Part shown: piece after piece, positions 21,932 to 30,502 of the stretch | How positions within the stretch are numbered: position 1 is the stretch's first letter | Layout: the number at the start of each line of letters is the position of its first letter | From: a virus | IMG/VR virus record: IMGVR_UViG_3300045988_031260 | Reading direction: 5' to 3' (one strand) | Length of the DNA stretch: 42,825 nt | Notes under the pieces: model-generated | Databases searched by the model: none | What the model saw: the letters and a program-made list of their open reading frames with translations, nothing else | Told to the model about the DNA's origin: nothing | Program-made: the position numbers and the translations under genes

Positions 21932-22666
21932 ATGAAAAAAGCGAATCCTGCCAAGCAGAAGAAAATGATAATCGTATTAGCCATTCTGCTAATCGTTACC
22001 CTTGCTGTTGCATACAGCAACAAAGATGAGAGCCCTGACACATCGGGAGAGTTTGATGTAAGCGGCAGTGAATCTGTGGAAGAACTGTCGGACATTGTAA
22101 GTGATGGGATTGCAGAAAGGCTTGTTTCTTTCGGCATGACAGAAGATGAGGCACAGGCCGGCCGAGATATTCTGCGTATGTGTGGGGTGGACTCCATTTC
22201 CGGATGTGAGCCAACAGACGCATCGGCATCGGTTGATGGACTTGTGGTATTCCGCGAAGTAGTGGACAAGGACAGAGTGTTCTGGTTCACGGTAGACCAC
22301 CGAGAGATTATTTATGTATCCCTGAATGGAACGGACCTATATGACAAAGACAAGGGCGGGTTCTTGATGACGATAGACGATGTACATGTGCCGGAATCCT
22401 CTGTGCCATACAATGTTTATCGACAGTTGCAATACATGACAGAGACTGTCCTTGACCGATACTTTGTAAGCGCAAAATACTACGACGCATGGGGCATTGG
22501 CCGCGCGGATGAAAAATACATGGTGCAGTGCGAGGTATATGCGTCAAACGCGCTCAAGGTGAAATTCTGGGTTCCGGCAAAGGTCTGGTATGAAGATCAA
22601 GGAAATGGCGAATTTGTTGTTACAGGCGTACAGATTGATGGCACGCAGTACGAAGTGAAGCCGTAA
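21932..22666 (+). CDS. Membrane-anchored (signal-anchor) protein with a ~200-aa external domain
   Basis: Basic N-terminus MKKANPAKQKK followed by MIIVLAILLIVTLAVA. No lipobox cysteine. Confidence 0.75.
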   Translation: MKKANPAKQKKMIIVLAILLIVTLAVAYSNKDESPDTSGEFDVSGSESVEELSDIVSDGIAERLVSFGMTEDEAQAGRDILRMCGVDSISGCEPTDASASVDGLVVFREVVDKDRVFWFTVDHREIIYVSLNGTDLYDKDKGGFLMTIDDVHVPESSVPYNVYRQLQYMTETVLDRYFVSAKYYDAWGIGRADEKYMVQCEVYASNALKVKFWVPAKVWYEDQGNGEFVVTGVQIDGTQYEVKP

Positions 22667-22689
22667 AGGTTCCGCAAAAACCAAATAGA

Positions 22690-22725
22690 ATGGACTACCG
22701 ATTATTCGGCAGTCCATTTTTTATT
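22690..22725 (+). terminator. Intrinsic terminator 13 nt upstream of the terL start
   Basis: 11-bp stem with one mismatch, ATGGACTACCG/CGGCAGTCCAT, followed by TTTTTATT. Confidence 0.75.
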
Positions 22726-22737
22726 GCAGGAGGACGA

Positions 22738-24390
22738 ATGGATTATCGGAAGATTGCGGAAAGCATCAAAAACCGCATAGAGAAAACGCATGACCGAGAA
22801 GCCTACAAGGATTTGCTGGCGTTGTGTATTGGGTACGAAGCGGAGGATTTTGCTGCGGCGCACCAGTTAAATTCAGAAGTCCGAAAGATGACATCCGAAG
22901 CGTTGCGTAACGGAAACCCGAAAGACGCGGAGCATTTCTACACGCTGCACAAGCAAGCTATGCTGTTTGACGCACCGCATGATTTCGATACCTTCCTGCT
23001 GTATGTGGAGATGGACAGAAAGCCGGAGAAGCGGTTTTATGCTCCACGCAGGCGGTATCTAAGACCTATTGTGCAGGGGTATCAAGATGTCCTTGACGGC
23101 AAGTTAAGGTTGCTGACCATTTCCTTGCCGAAAAGAGCCGGGAAAAGCCAGCTGGGGATAAATTTCATCAACATGATGTCCGGCAGAAACCCGGATAAAT
23201 CGTCCCTTATGGAAGGCACAGGCGATGACCTTGTGCGGAGCTTCTACAACGGATGTTTGGAGTATCTGCAAACGCCCAACGAGTATTTATTCTACGATGT
23301 GTTTCCGGATGCTCCCTTGGTGCAGACCAACGCAGACACGAAAATCATCAATCTGCGTTCAAAATCTCGATTCCCTACGGTCATGTGCCGGTCGATTGAC
23401 GCACGGCAGGTGGGTTTGTCGGAGGCAACCAATGTCCTGTACTTGGATGACTGCGTGGAGGGCAGAGAGGAAGCGAAAAACCGTCAACGGCTGGATGATA
23501 AGTGGGAAGTAATTTCCGGCGATATTTTAGGCCGTGCCATAGAGGGTACACCTATTGTGGCCACCGGGACGAGATACTCCCTATATGACCCCATAGGGCA
23601 TTTACAGGAAGAAGCACAAAAAGGCGGCTGGGCATGGAAAGCCATTGAAATCCCCGCCCTTGACCCAATTACAGACGAAAGCAATTATGAGTACGAGCGA
23701 GAGGGGAAAAAGGTTTTTACCACCGCTTATTTCCGTGAGCAAAGGGAGCTTCTGAGCGCGGAACAGTTTGAAAGCGAATTTCAGCAGCAGCCCTTTGAAG
23801 CAAAGGGGCTGCTTTTCAATAAGTCGGAGCTGAACTATTTCTTTGAACTGCCGGTAGATCGTGACCCGGATGCAATCATTGCCGTGGCAGACACCGCAGA
23901 AAGCGGAAAAGATAGCACGGCCATGCCTGTTGCGGCCTTATATGGAGAGGAAGTCTACATTGTGGATGTGGTGTACGATGATTCTCCCGCAGAGGTCACA
24001 AAGCCGGAATGCGCAAGGTGCCTGATTGATAACAAGGTGGGAGACGCACTGTTTGAATCCAATAACGCCGGTATGTATTTTGCGAGAGATGTTGCAGAAA
24101 TCGTCAAAAACGCCGGATTTAATACCAGCATACGGACAAAAAGGACGATTTCCAATAAGCAGACACGAATTGAGTTCGCATCGGATGGAATCAAGAAGAA
24201 TTTTTACTTCAAGCATCCGTCCACATACAAGCGAGGGTGTCAATACTGGGGATTCATGCAGGAAGTGACCACCTATGTAAGAAGCGGCAAAGTGGCGCAC
24301 GATGACGCGCCTGATTCCTTGTCGTTGCTGGAGAACGAAATCCGAAACCGCATCAGCGGCAAGATTGAGATATTCAAAAGACCGTTTTAA
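22738..24390 (+). CDS. terL: Terminase large subunit
   Basis: Walker A-like LPKRAGKS, Walker B VLYLDD, and nuclease-domain motifs AVADTAESGKDS and HDDAPDSL. Confidence 0.92.
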   Translation: MDYRKIAESIKNRIEKTHDREAYKDLLALCIGYEAEDFAAAHQLNSEVRKMTSEALRNGNPKDAEHFYTLHKQAMLFDAPHDFDTFLLYVEMDRKPEKRFYAPRRRYLRPIVQGYQDVLDGKLRLLTISLPKRAGKSQLGINFINMMSGRNPDKSSLMEGTGDDLVRSFYNGCLEYLQTPNEYLFYDVFPDAPLVQTNADTKIINLRSKSRFPTVMCRSIDARQVGLSEATNVLYLDDCVEGREEAKNRQRLDDKWEVISGDILGRAIEGTPIVATGTRYSLYDPIGHLQEEAQKGGWAWKAIEIPALDPITDESNYEYEREGKKVFTTAYFREQRELLSAEQFESEFQQQPFEAKGLLFNKSELNYFFELPVDRDPDAIIAVADTAESGKDSTAMPVAALYGEEVYIVDVVYDDSPAEVTKPECARCLIDNKVGDALFESNNAGMYFARDVAEIVKNAGFNTSIRTKRTISNKQTRIEFASDGIKKNFYFKHPSTYKRGCQYWGFMQEVTTYVRSGKVAHDDAPDSLSLLENEIRNRISGKIEIFKRPF

Positions 24391-24393
24391 GGG

Positions 24394-25851
24394 GTGACGC
24401 TATTGAGACAAATGTTTGGCAGAAAGGTCATTTATTCGGATGCTACCGAGGTAAACGAGGGTAATATTGCAAATATCCTGCAAAAGGCAATGGTTGTCCA
24501 CGCCGCCAACCGGACGGACATGGAATATTTATACAGGTACTATAAAGGCGACCAGCCTATCCTTGCCAGAGTAAAGGATGTGCGCCCGGAGATTAACAAC
24601 AAGATTGTCGAAAACCGGGCAAACGAGATCGTGTCCTTCAAGGTCGGCTACCTGATGGGAGAGCCTGTCCAGTATGTCAGCAGAATAGCCGATGAAAAAG
24701 CGGCTGAAATGGTCACAAAGCTGAACGATTATGTTTTGTCCGAGGACAAACCGGCAAAGGATAAGGAGCTGGCGGACTGGTTTCACATATGCGGCACGGC
24801 CTATCGCATGGTCATGCCGGACACCCCGGAAGATGAGGACGAAGCCCCGTTTGAGATTTATACCCTTGACCCACGGTTTTGCTTTGTGGTGTATTCCGTG
24901 CAGTTGGGTAATCCTCCCCTTATGGCGGTCAAGTATGTCAAGATGGAGGATGGGACAGTCGTTTTCAGCTGTTATACGAAAGACCATTTCTATGAAGTGA
25001 CCGACACATGGCGGATCGTTCGCAGTGAGCCGCAGATTTTGGGTATTCCCATCATCGAGTACCCGGCAAACCGTGCAAGACTGGGTGCATTTGAAATCGT
25101 CCTGAATCTGCTGGATGCAATCAACAATGTGGAATCCAACCGCATGGACGGCGTGGAGCAGTTCGTGCAGTCCTTGCTTCTGTTCCACAATGTGCGTATT
25201 TCCGAGGAACAGTATTCCGCATTGCGGCAAGACGGCGCAATTCAGTTTGAGGACATTGACCCGCAGAAGAAAGCGGAGATCAAGAACCTTGTTACGGAGC
25301 TGAATCAAACGCAGACACAGACCCTTGCAGACAACCTGTATAACACGGTGCTGACAATCTGCGGGATGCCCAACAGAAACGGCGGTTCTTCCACCTCTGA
25401 CACCGGCTCTGCAGTCATCATGCGTGACGGATGGTCTGCGGCAGAAGCAAGGGCAAAAGATTCCGAGTTGGTATTCAAGCGTTCCGAAAAAGAGTTTCTG
25501 AAAGTGCTTTTGCGGATTTGCAATGACTTGAGCGATTTGTCTTTGAAACTGTCCGCAATCGAGATCAGATTTACCCGTCGGAATTATGAGAACATTTCCG
25601 AAAAGGCGAATGTGCTGGTAACCATGCTGGGCAACGGCAAAATTGCGCCGCAGCTTGCATTTACACATTGCGGTCTATTCAGCGACCCGCAGCTTGCGTA
25701 CAAGATGAGCATGGAATATCTTGAGGAAAACGGAGGAAACAATGGAATTAACGCTGGAGATGGTACGGACGATCAACGAAATCCTCAAGAACCGCAACCA
25801 AGCGGAAGTGAAAGTGGAGAACGGGAAGATCGTAGTAATCGAAGTGCGTAG
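24394..25851 (+). CDS. Portal protein (SPP1 gp6-like)
   Basis: YYKGDQPIL...EINNKIVENRANEIVSFKVGYLMGEPVQY. Directly follows terL. Start uncertain among GTG 24394, TTG 24403 and ATG 24412. Confidence 0.88.
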   Translation: MTLLRQMFGRKVIYSDATEVNEGNIANILQKAMVVHAANRTDMEYLYRYYKGDQPILARVKDVRPEINNKIVENRANEIVSFKVGYLMGEPVQYVSRIADEKAAEMVTKLNDYVLSEDKPAKDKELADWFHICGTAYRMVMPDTPEDEDEAPFEIYTLDPRFCFVVYSVQLGNPPLMAVKYVKMEDGTVVFSCYTKDHFYEVTDTWRIVRSEPQILGIPIIEYPANRARLGAFEIVLNLLDAINNVESNRMDGVEQFVQSLLLFHNVRISEEQYSALRQDGAIQFEDIDPQKKAEIKNLVTELNQTQTQTLADNLYNTVLTICGMPNRNGGSSTSDTGSAVIMRDGWSAAEARAKDSELVFKRSEKEFLKVLLRICNDLSDLSLKLSAIEIRFTRRNYENISEKANVLVTMLGNGKIAPQLAFTHCGLFSDPQLAYKMSMEYLEENGGNNGINAGDGTDDQRNPQEPQPSGSESGEREDRSNRSA

Positions 25852-25867
25852 GAAAAAGAAATACTGA
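25742..25867 (+). CDS. Small basic ORF (41 aa) overlapping the portal 3' end out of frame
   Basis: GGAGGAAACA directly before ATG 25742. Sequence MELTLEMVRTINEILKNRNQAEVKVENGKIVVIEVRRKKKY. Confidence 0.4.
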   Translation: MELTLEMVRTINEILKNRNQAEVKVENGKIVVIEVRRKKKY

Positions 25868-25899
25868 GTGGGTCTGGCAAGGGCTTGACCGACAGCCGA

Positions 25900-25933
25900 G
25901 GGGCTATCCGAAAGGGTAGCCCCTTTATTTTTT
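25900..25933 (+). terminator. Strong intrinsic terminator between portal and scaffold genes
   Basis: 10-bp stem GGGGCTATCC / GAAA / GGGTAGCCCC followed by TTTATTTTTT. Confidence 0.8.
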
Positions 25934-26057
25934 CGATTTACCCGCCGCAAGGTGATAAATGGTCAGGGACGACCTAAAAACGCAAACGGGAGACAACCCG
26001 CAAAAACAGAGAATAGTGCTGAGTGAACAGCCTTGTTAAACGCAGGAGGTAATCAAA

Positions 26058-26630
26058 ATGGCAAAAATCGACACCAACCAGATCAAGGGCTATGCGGAAA
26101 TGTCTTTGGAGGACAAGCTGAAAGCGCTGGAAGCGTTTGAGTATAACGACAACGCATCCGAGCTTGAAAAGCAAAAAGCGGCAGTTTCCAAGGCGAATTC
26201 AGAAGCTGCAGAGTGGAAAAGGAAACACAATGCACTGCTAAGCGAGGACGAACAGAAGAAGCAGAAGCAGGAGGAGGACATTGCCGCCATGCAGAAGGAA
26301 CTTGACGAGCTGCGGCGTGACAAGACCGTTTCGCAGTTCACGGCCAAGTTTATTGCACAGGGCTATGATGAAAAGCTTGCTGCCGATACTGCCAAGGCAA
26401 TGGCTGACGGCAACACCGATAAAGTGTTCGCCAATCAGCAGGCGTTTTTGGAAGCATACGCAAAGCAGGTGAAAGCCAGCGCAATGCAAGGCACACCCAA
26501 GCCCGCTGCCGGTGCGGGTTCGGATGGTGCAGACTTTTCCAAGAAAGCTGCCGAAGCGCAGAACGCCGGCAATTTTGCGGAGGCGGCGTACTATACCCGC
26601 CTTATGAATCAGGACAACAATACACAGTAA
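26058..26630 (+). CDS. Scaffolding protein
   Basis: Helical, charged, coiled-coil-rich 190-aa protein directly upstream of the capsid gene. Confidence 0.7.
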   Translation: MAKIDTNQIKGYAEMSLEDKLKALEAFEYNDNASELEKQKAAVSKANSEAAEWKRKHNALLSEDEQKKQKQEEDIAAMQKELDELRRDKTVSQFTAKFIAQGYDEKLAADTAKAMADGNTDKVFANQQAFLEAYAKQVKASAMQGTPKPAAGAGSDGADFSKKAAEAQNAGNFAEAAYYTRLMNQDNNTQ

Positions 26631-26646
26631 AGGAGAATGAATCAAA

Positions 26647-27672
26647 ATGGCAGATACTTTTGCTACCAGCTTCGGAGTGCTGAATTACTCCGGTATGCTC
26701 TTCAACAAGGGCAACACCCGCACCCCTCTGTCTTCCATCATCGGAAGCCGGGCAAAAACCACCAACCATGTCGAGTTCGTCACAGGGCAGGAATACAGCT
26801 CTGCCGGCGGCACACAGCCCGCCATCAGCGAGACCGCGTCCCTGACTGCTCCTGATGCTTCCGTGGTGACCCGTACACAGAAAACCAATGTTACGCAGAT
26901 TTTTCAGGAGACCGTGGGCGTTTCCTACGCCAAGATGTCCAATATGGGCACTCTGTCCGGCGTAAATATCGAGAATCAGCAGGCCAACCCCATCAATGAA
27001 CTGGATTTCCAGGTGGGCGCAAAGATCCAGAAGATCGCCCGGGATATGGAGTTCACCTTCATCCAGGGCGCATACAACAAGGCCGCAGACGATTCCAAGA
27101 TCAACAAGACCCGTGGCCTGACCACCGCCATTACCACCAATGTTACCGCTATGGCATCCAAGCCCCTGGGCCTGTGGGATGTAGCCGACATGGTGAAGAA
27201 GATTTACGGAGCCAACGCTCCAACCAACGGTCTGGCACTGTGGTGCGATGCCGTGACCATGTTCCAGATCAATGCGGATGCCGTGCAGAACGGTCTTACT
27301 GTAGTTCCTGTTGCTCGTGAGATCAACGGCATTGCGCTGTCCAGCGTAATCACCCCTCTTGGAGTTGTTTACCTGTACCTTGGCGAGTGTTTGCCCGCCG
27401 GTACGGCCCTTCTGCTGAATCTGGATGTTATCGCCCCTGTGTACCAGCCCGTTCCCGGCAAGGGCAATTTCTTCCTGGAGCAGCTGTCCAAGACCGGAGC
27501 TGGCGAGAAGTGGCAGCTGTTCGGTCAGGTCGGTCTTGACCACGGGCCCGAATGGTATCACGGCAAGTTCACCGGTATTTCCACCGATTTCACTGCGCCT
27601 ACTTATAGCCGCAGCGTGTTTATTGCCAATGACGCAAGCAATCCTGTAAACACCAAGGCTGTTACCGGCTGA
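26647..27672 (+). CDS. Major capsid protein
   Basis: 341 aa, position after the scaffold gene, strong RBS. Confidence 0.8.
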   Translation: MADTFATSFGVLNYSGMLFNKGNTRTPLSSIIGSRAKTTNHVEFVTGQEYSSAGGTQPAISETASLTAPDASVVTRTQKTNVTQIFQETVGVSYAKMSNMGTLSGVNIENQQANPINELDFQVGAKIQKIARDMEFTFIQGAYNKAADDSKINKTRGLTTAITTNVTAMASKPLGLWDVADMVKKIYGANAPTNGLALWCDAVTMFQINADAVQNGLTVVPVAREINGIALSSVITPLGVVYLYLGECLPAGTALLLNLDVIAPVYQPVPGKGNFFLEQLSKTGAGEKWQLFGQVGLDHGPEWYHGKFTGISTDFTAPTYSRSVFIANDASNPVNTKAVTG

Positions 27673-27689
27673 TAAGGGGGGCGGAAAGC

Positions 27690-28001
27690 ATGACTGAAGC
27701 TGAAAAAATCGAAATTTTGTCTGCTATGACAGATCAGCAGGGTAGCGTGCTTTTCGCTTACCTTGCGATTGCCGAGGATAAGGTCTTGCGCAAGCTTTAT
27801 CCGTTCGATAACGAAAATAAAATGCTTCCTGAACGGTATCACATGACCCAGGTGGAGATTGCCGCATATCTGCTGAACAAGCGCGGCGCAGAGGGCGAAA
27901 CAGCGCACAGCGAGAATGGTATTTCCCGCTCCTATGAGGACGGAGATGTGCCGTCCTCTCTATTGCGCGACATTATCCCATATGCGGGAGTTGTGCGATG
28001 A
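27690..28001 (+). CDS. Head-tail connector (gp6-like)
   Basis: GAEGETAHSENGISRSYEDGDVPSSLL..IIPYA pattern. Confidence 0.7.
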   Translation: MTEAEKIEILSAMTDQQGSVLFAYLAIAEDKVLRKLYPFDNENKMLPERYHMTQVEIAAYLLNKRGAEGETAHSENGISRSYEDGDVPSSLLRDIIPYAGVVR

Positions 28002-28369
28002 GGTGCATGGAGCGGAATAAGACCGCATTTTGGTATATTCTGTACGATGGCAAGACCACGAATCTGTCCGATGATGGGTACGAAACTGGTCAAATGTCCG
28101 TGAAGTACAAAGACGCAGTGAAAATGCTGGCGAATATCTCCCCCGCATCCGGGACGGCGCAAGTGGAGCAATTCGGGCAATTTGTTTCCTATGACAAGGT
28201 CATCGTCACGGATGACATGAGCTGTCCTATCAGCGAGGATACTGTTCTCTTTGTAGACAAGGAACCGGAGTATGACGGTAAAAAGCCTCTGTATGACTAC
28301 GTCGTAAAGCGAGTGGCCAAGTCGCTCAATTCCATCTCCATTGCCATAAGCAAGGTGAATGTATCGTGA
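27998..28369 (+). CDS. Head-closure / head-tail joining protein (putative)
   Basis: Position and size only. Confidence 0.5.
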   Translation: MRCMERNKTAFWYILYDGKTTNLSDDGYETGQMSVKYKDAVKMLANISPASGTAQVEQFGQFVSYDKVIVTDDMSCPISEDTVLFVDKEPEYDGKKPLYDYVVKRVAKSLNSISIAISKVNVS

Positions 28370-28887
28370 AGCATAAGGTTGTTACTGCCATTTCTCCAAC
28401 CGGAGTACAGCAGATGATCGATTCCGTTCGGGAGTACCGGGAATGGATAAAAAGCGGCTGTGCAAGGCTTTTGGAGCGCCTTGCACAAGAGGGATACGAA
28501 GTGGCAAGCGCAGGCTTTGCGAGCGCCGAATATGACGGCACAAACGATGTAACCGTGTCTGTCGAAGATCGAGGAAAAATAAAGGCCGTTGTCGCCATTG
28601 GCGGCACGGTCTTATTTATTGAATTTGGCACAGGCGTAACATACCCGGATAATCACCCGGAAGCAAGGGACTTGGGAATGGAGCGCGGAGAATATGGCCA
28701 AGGACGCGGAAAACAATCCACATGGGGTTATTACGGAGAACCCGGTACAAACGGAACCGTTGTAGGAGAAAGAGCAAAGGGGACGCTTGTTCTTACACAT
28801 GGTAATCCGGCCAATATGCCCATGTATAACGCCGTAAAAGAATTGGAGTTGCGGCTTGGAGAAATCGTAAAGGAGGTGTTCGGATGA
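28366..28887 (+). CDS. HK97 gp10-like tail-completion protein (putative)
   Basis: Position. GTGA-coupled start. Confidence 0.5.
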   Translation: MKHKVVTAISPTGVQQMIDSVREYREWIKSGCARLLERLAQEGYEVASAGFASAEYDGTNDVTVSVEDRGKIKAVVAIGGTVLFIEFGTGVTYPDNHPEARDLGMERGEYGQGRGKQSTWGYYGEPGTNGTVVGERAKGTLVLTHGNPANMPMYNAVKELELRLGEIVKEVFG

Positions 28888-29285
28888 TTGATGTGGAGCG
28901 GATGATTTTTACCCCGATTGCAGAAGCCTTGCGAAAGAAGTTCAAGGGGATAGATGTTTCCGGGGCGTATATAAAATCTCCCCCCAAGTTTCCCCACGCA
29001 AGCATTGTAGAACAGGACAATTACATGACCACATCCAATCAGGACAGCTCTGACACGGAGCGGTTTGCGACCGTCATGTATGAGGTCAATGTCTACTCCA
29101 ACAAAACCGGCGAAAGCAAATCAGAGTGCCGCAGCATCCTGTCAGAAATCGACAAAATGCTGTATGCAATGAATTTCACGCGCATTTCCATGACCCCCGT
29201 CCCAAACATGGATAGTGCGTCAATCTATCGCTTAGTGGCGCGATACCGTGCCGAAACGGACGGAAAAACAGTTTTTAGGAGGTAA
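28884..29285 (+). CDS. Tail terminator / tail completion protein (putative)
   Basis: Position immediately upstream of the major tail gene. Confidence 0.5.
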   Translation: MIDVERMIFTPIAEALRKKFKGIDVSGAYIKSPPKFPHASIVEQDNYMTTSNQDSSDTERFATVMYEVNVYSNKTGESKSECRSILSEIDKMLYAMNFTRISMTPVPNMDSASIYRLVARYRAETDGKTVFRR

Positions 29286-29288
29286 ATT

Positions 29289-29723
29289 ATGGCAATCAGT
29301 ACCTATAAATGTTTCCTGATGCAGAAGGCATCTACCGGAAGTACATGGACAAAGCTGGTGGACATCAAGGAGTTCCCTGACCTTGGCGGTGACCCTGAAA
29401 TGCTGGAAACCACCACCCTGTCTGACAAGATGCAGACCTACATCGCCGGTATTCAGTCTATGGACGGCCTGAATTTCACGGCAAACTACACGCTGGCCGA
29501 TTACAAGACCCTGAAAGCAAAAGAGGGTACGGAAGCGGATTATGCCGTGTGGTTTGGCGGCACAGAGTCCGGTGGCTCTGTTACCCCCACCGGCTCTGAC
29601 GGCAAGTTCTCCTTCAAGGGGCAGCTTTCCGTGTATCCCACCGGCGGCGGCGTAAACGAAGTGGTCGGAATGAATATCACCATCGCGCCCACCTCGGTCA
29701 TCACTTTGGATGACGGCGAGTAA
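29289..29723 (+). CDS. Major tail protein (siphovirus type)
   Basis: 144 aa, followed by the chaperone pair and tape measure. No sheath gene present. Confidence 0.78.
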   Translation: MAISTYKCFLMQKASTGSTWTKLVDIKEFPDLGGDPEMLETTTLSDKMQTYIAGIQSMDGLNFTANYTLADYKTLKAKEGTEADYAVWFGGTESGGSVTPTGSDGKFSFKGQLSVYPTGGGVNEVVGMNITIAPTSVITLDDGE

Positions 29724-29732
29724 GGAGGAATT

Positions 29733-30059
29733 ATGGCAAAGACAATGACCATCGAGCACAACGATGTGAAATATGTGCTGGAATACACCAGAAAATCTGT
29801 GGAAATGATGGAGCGGCAGGGCTTCGAGATCGAGGAATTGCAGCGCAAGCCCATGACCTATCTGCCCGCCCTGTTTGCTGGCGCTTTTTTGGCGCATCAC
29901 CGCTATGTAAAGCGTGATGTTATCGACAAGATTTACGCCCAGCTGCCCAACAAGGGAGATATGCTGGGCAAGCTGGTGGAAATGTATAGCGACCCCATTG
30001 TAGCGCTCATGGATGATCCCGAAGCCGAGGGAAACGCCAGCTGGACGGTGGACTGGTAA
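29733..30059 (+). CDS. Tail assembly chaperone (G-like)
   Basis: Position upstream of the tape measure; slippery site near its 3' end. Confidence 0.75.
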   Translation: MAKTMTIEHNDVKYVLEYTRKSVEMMERQGFEIEELQRKPMTYLPALFAGAFLAHHRYVKRDVIDKIYAQLPNKGDMLGKLVEMYSDPIVALMDDPEAEGNASWTVDW

Positions 30060-30502
30060 GCGAACCGCCGCCCGATAAAGAGGGGGGCAATACCCCCCTC
30101 TATGCTTACACGGAAAAGTTCTATGAGGTTTTCCCTTATTACCTTGCAATAGGCATGACCTACGAGCAGTTCTGGGAAATGGATTGCGAGTTGGTCAAGT
30201 ACTACCGCAAGGCAGCGAAAATCAAGCAGGACTTGGACAACCAGCAAGCATGGCTACAGGGTGCGTATTTCTATGAAGCCTTGGCGGATGTATCGCCTAT
30301 TCTTCATGCGTTTGCAAAGAAAGGTACAAAGCCTATTCCGTATCGAGATTCCCCCTATCAGGTGGGTGAAAGCTATAATCCTGCGGAGAAAAAAGTGAAA
30401 GAGCAGAAGAATGATAGCCGTGCAAAAGCAATCATGGAAATGTTCATGATTGCAAATAACAAGAAATTCGAGCCGGGAGGTGAAAAGCATGGACAATCTT
30501 GA
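29733..30502 (+). CDS. Tail assembly chaperone G-T fusion made by a -1 programmed frameshift at 30029-30035
   Basis: The -1 frame is open from 30029 through the ORF listed as 30155-30502. Confidence 0.65.
30029..30035 (+). promoter_or_regulatory. Slippery heptamer G_GGA_AAC
   Basis: In the correct X_XXY_YYZ phase relative to 29733-30059. Lambda G/GT uses GGGAAAG. Confidence 0.65.

Noticed and set aside
30155-30502. An independent 115-aa gene between the chaperone and tape-measure genes.
   Set aside because: There is no RBS before ATG 30155. The frame is open upstream all the way to a correctly phased slippery heptamer, so it is better explained as the T part of a G-T frameshift product.
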